This document shows positions 60,101 to 64,000 of a stretch of 64,000 nucleotides of DNA, piece after piece. The stretch's first letter is position 1. Each line of letters starts with the position of its first letter. The stretch is from Convolutriloba macropyga (taxonomy: Eukaryota): the NCBI RefSeq assembly GCF_964194025.1, contig NC_134475.1:19158001-19222000 (forward strand), in the 5' to 3' direction. The notes beneath the pieces are model-generated. The model saw only the letters and a program-made list of their open reading frames with translations. It did not search any database and had not been told where the DNA came from. Made by a program: the position numbers and the translations under genes.

Positions 60101-60722
60101 GTTTTTGTTGTTGTTTTCATAGTCAATGACTTGTTGTAATGTCTTATTGATAACTTTTGAATGACAAACATCCTAGTCGTCACATCATCTAGGCATAATT
60201 TAGCGTATTAAATGCCTTCCATTGAAAGCTGTAGAATTTTTTGACTTTGATACTATGGGTTTTCTCAAAAATTTCGTGGTTTTGATGTATTTTTCTTTGC
60301 CATACGACTTATTGTGATGAGTTATTGATGTACATGAATGAAACCTATGATTGCTATTTCATCGAGGCAGAATTTAGTGTGTTTAATTAACTTAAAATGT
60401 AGCATTTTTTTAAAATTCAAACATCTATTTTTGTTATCTCTTCATTTGGTTGACAATTAAGTCTAAAATGTAGATGAGCTCGGGTCGGAACATCATGTGC
60501 GAACGCACCTTAACGAGCCGCCTTGTTCAATAGAAAATTAGTGACGCAAGAGTGATTATCCCTGAAAACAAAACGAATTAACGCAAATTTTGTGAAAATA
60601 CTGAAAATGTTATGCAGTGATTTTGAATTTTACTTGTGCTTACCTCTCTTACCACTTGCTCTTTGTATCCTGCAAATTATGTTTGATACTCCTTCTTCCG
60701 TCAGAGATTTTGTGTAAATCTG
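57149..60722 (-). CDS. Probable last two coding exons (60722-60644 and 57384-57149) of an unidentified minus-strand gene
   Basis: TACAG acceptor and GTAAGC donor flank a stop-free 79-nt exon (QIYTKSLTEEGVSNIICRIQRASGKR); its phase-1 junction fits the TGTAG acceptor of the 57149 ORF. No homology recognised. Confidence 0.4.
57871..58378 (+). mobile_element. HINE-like family A copy, C-rich core
   Basis: Family A termini with CCGAC-GTTA-GTCGG hairpin followed by a T-run. Confidence 0.8.
58526..60527 (+). mobile_element. HINE-like family B element with an internal duplication of about 545 bp
   Basis: 5' TTGTTCCGACCCCACTTGTGGGGGG; 3' GGGTCGGAACATC-ATGTGCGAACGCAC...GCCTTGTT; AATGGCTGTTAAGA at 59151 and 59701. 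Confidence 0.75.
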
Positions 60723-61149
60723 CTGTACATTGGTAATCATCAAATGTATAGCTAGCTCAAAGTTGAGCAAGAATGAAGAAAAAAATGAACAAAAACTGCT
60801 TTTAAAGTTACTTTTCGGAACTATACTATCGATCGATTTTACCTTGAACTACGCTTCGGATTCTGAAAAGGTTTAAAAAATAAAAATGAGAAGAAATTTG
60901 ATAAATCTCTGCATGAAAATTTGTTTGAGAATGTTGGGAACAATTAGAGAGTTACAAATTGCTTAAGAAGTGTCCAATTCAACTTAAACACGAAGCTGTA
61001 ACAAATTTCAAAAGAATTACTCATCACTGAGTTCAAACATTGCGGCCTCAACACTTGAATTAATGTCTACCTAGCATGTTTTGGCACATTAGTTTTTGTT
61101 TAGTTCAGTGAGGTGAAATTTGTACCTTGATTCATTCTCCGTGTTTGAT

Positions 61150-62400
61150 TGTATTTTTTATTCCATCGATGGATCAGTAAGAAGAACTGGCTTTTTGAAG
61201 ACAAATGGAAAACACTTCAAATGCTTAAAGTGTAAAACTCAAAATGGTCGCGAAGCTAAACCCTGAACATTTCGGATCAGTTTTTCTGCTGTTATAAAAT
61301 TTTTAGGGGCTTCGAAGTAATCGGCATCTGGAAACCAGCCCTTTCAGCAGTGTGCTTCAAAATTGCGTTTTCGAAGAGAGTGGCTGATTTTTACTAGGAA
61401 TTATTTGCTTTATGTTGTTAACAAATTTCATCTGTTACATTAAAAGAATAAATGGTCTTGAAGGCTAAAATCGAATGGAAGCTATACATTTTATAAAAAT
61501 TCATTGTGCATTTTATACAAATTCATTTTGCTCTGCGGAAGTTTCTCCGCTTTGAATGTTTGTTGTAAAATGAGTGATTTTATTTATTAAGAAGTTTTTT
61601 GCTGCAACCCTCCAAATGTATTCGCCGATTAGAAAATTTTTACCAGTTCGGTCTCAATATTTGTAATCCAAATTTTAGTTGTAAAATAAGCGATTTCAAT
61701 GAGTAAGTAATTTTTCTGCTCCAATCATCGAAATTTATTCGGGGATCAGTACATTTTATCAGCCCGGACTTACAGAGCGCTGTCATTGAAAGATGCTAAA
61801 ACGGTATCATTGGAAAGCCCATAAAACCTGAATTGTTGGAGACATTTTCAATTTGTTGGTTTCCGAAACAGTTTTTGAGGTTCAAATTGCTCATGAATGT
61901 CTCAAAATTAGGATAATAATAAAAGCCTGTTCTTGCTTTGTTGAGTCAATCTTGTGTGTTCACATTTTTTGCGATGACCTGGAAGAGTAGCAAATATGAA
62001 AAGCTCTGAAAAATTTGATTTGATGATTGGTTAGAGATTTTCACTTTATGATATCTTTTGCAAAATTAAGGCTTGGTTTTTTTGAAACCTCCACTGAAAG
62101 TCGGGTAATTCTTTCTTTTCCATTTCTTCATCTTAACTTTCTTCAACATTTTAGCATCCCAGATTGATCTTGATGCCTTACAAAATTGAAATAAGTTTTT
62201 GCTTGTCAATTTCTCTGGAATTAAGCATTTTTTGTAGCCATGACTGGACAAGGAGATTTGGTTTTTTGTAGCCATGACTGGACGATAAGATTTTTTAGTG
62301 TATCTTTTCACGACTTGATGTTTCACTTTGTTTTCGAACCTTGACGCCTGTTCTCAGTGCTTGTTCTTCTAGAGCTATTGGTCCAATGTTTTTTTCCGTT
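61150..62400 (-). pseudogene. Possible highly decayed LTR-retrotransposon pol remnant
   Basis: PVMATK...SRSIWDAKMLKK loosely resembles the gypsy RT SP...K...R...D.R.LN block; many stops. Weak evidence. Confidence 0.3.
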
Positions 62401-64000
62401 GTTTTTTTTTCAAAGTTATCGAGCGTCAAACAATAGGATCAACTGATAATAGAAATTGATCTTAAGCACCTGTCGATTTAAGTAGCAATCAATTTTTTGT
62501 AGTCATTTTTCTTGAAAATCTTGTTCTCTACAAAACTAGATTTCTGTATCAGCTTTATTTCATTTTTCTTGATTACTAATATTTCTTTTAGTGCACAGTT
62601 CCGAAGTTGACGAGATTTTTTATACTGTTATGATTATACTGACTTAAGAATGTGATGATTTTCGACTTTTTTTGAAATTTTCTCATAGTTTTTGGTCGTC
62701 TTTTTTTCTTCAAATTTTTTGTTTTCAAAACCTCCAGTGCCCTCTGCTATTGAATCAAAGATGCAAGGCTTTGAGTTTCTATATTAATGGATTGTTTAAT
62801 GGTTTTGGCTTGTTTCGTAAAATCTAAGCTTCTTGGATTGTTGGGCTGCTGCCTTTATTTTAGGAATCGAAGATATTATTGAGGGTCGTAATAATTAGGC
62901 TGGTAATAATTGGAAATTCAATGTTGTATTGATCTTACTTTCTTTAAAAATAAACATTTCCTTAAGTTTTCTAACTCTAACTTTTACAATTCTCATGATG
63001 TTATACTAATGTTGTTAATATATGTCGTTATAGGTTTTTTATTGTTTTTATTTGTTGTTTTATTTCTTTCGCGTTTGTTTCATGCTTCTGTTGTACTCTT
63101 TGTCTGTTTTGGAATGTTCATTGTTTGCTTTATGTGAGGACGCAATTGAGCTCTATATTGAGTTTAATTTCGAGTCATTCCTGAAGCTTTTCGACACTTT
63201 CAATTTCATTACATATTTTTTGTTGTTGTTTTTCAATTGGAGTTTATTTCGGTTACAGTTTTTTGCCACGCCGAAGTAGCTAAGGCAGTGAAAACTAAAC
63301 TTTTTATGGCGTAATTTTTTTTGAATGGAATGCAAAAAATGGTGTTGAAACACTTTTCCGGTTTTGAGACGATGTTTGCTTATGTACCTGGATTATGATT
63401 GGATTTTCTTGCAATTGCTAATATGTGACATATATCTTCTAAGTGTCGCAGGTTGAAATAATTGAAGATCCTGATATGCATTTGCTGGTTTTTGACGAAA
63501 ACGGTTTTAATTTGAAAATTTTTCAATGCATTTTGAGTGCTGTCTGTATACTTATGTTCTTATTTGTTACCTTGTCCTTTAAGCGTAAGAAAAATATTGG
63601 GTATGTTTTCTGATGATTTATATTTTTTTTTGGCCAATGATTCCAATTATTTACCATTTATCTTAATAAGAGGTTGTTATTTGCGTTTTTTTTTGCATAA
63701 TTTGATTTTTTTGTATGTTGTTTCGGCAACATTATTGAAAGGTGTGGCATGTTTTTTATAACTGGGTTTTATAGGTTTAGATTTCGACAGACAAGTAGGG
63801 ACACCTGTTTTTGTTTGTGAGAGAATAATGAATTTTGAAGCTTAACACGTTTTTCGTAGTCCTTGTTTTATTTGTTTTTAGTTGCATTATTGAAAGGTCA
63901 AATGTACTGTCTAACTTCGGATATTTTTTTGTTTAAAGATTTTAGTATATAGTTATTGAACTTAATGACGTGAGACTTAAACAGTAATTCGCACGGTTCT

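Overview
AT-rich eukaryotic (animal-like, intron-containing) genomic DNA. Bases 1-14831 are the right-hand part of an integrated Polinton/Maverick (adintovirus-like endogenous dsDNA virus). It carries a small membrane protein, an A32-like packaging ATPase, two conserved hypotheticals, a DDE integrase, a frameshifted minor capsid, a basic core protein, a major capsid, an adenain-like protease, an HUH-motif ORF, a PC4-like ORF, a palindromic repeat array, an orphan ORF and a protein-primed PolB, ending in the ACTACT terminus. The PolB gene is split by a canonical 158-nt spliceosomal intron whose removal restores the KxKGV motif. The rest is host sequence. It holds two-exon MED29, C15orf61-like (DUF4528), PSTK and CDC45 genes; the last three form a tight co-directional cluster, with the PSTK ATG only 9 nt after the C15orf61-like stop, suggestive of an operon or trans-splicing. 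It also holds two probable terminal exons of an unknown minus-strand gene, two families of non-autonomous Helentron-like (HINE/DINE-1-type) elements with swappable cargo, a ~4-kb tandem duplication that looks like rolling-circle read-through, a ~170-bp satellite and decayed retroelements. All family calls come from motif recognition by eye; no database search was run, and repeat boundaries are approximate.
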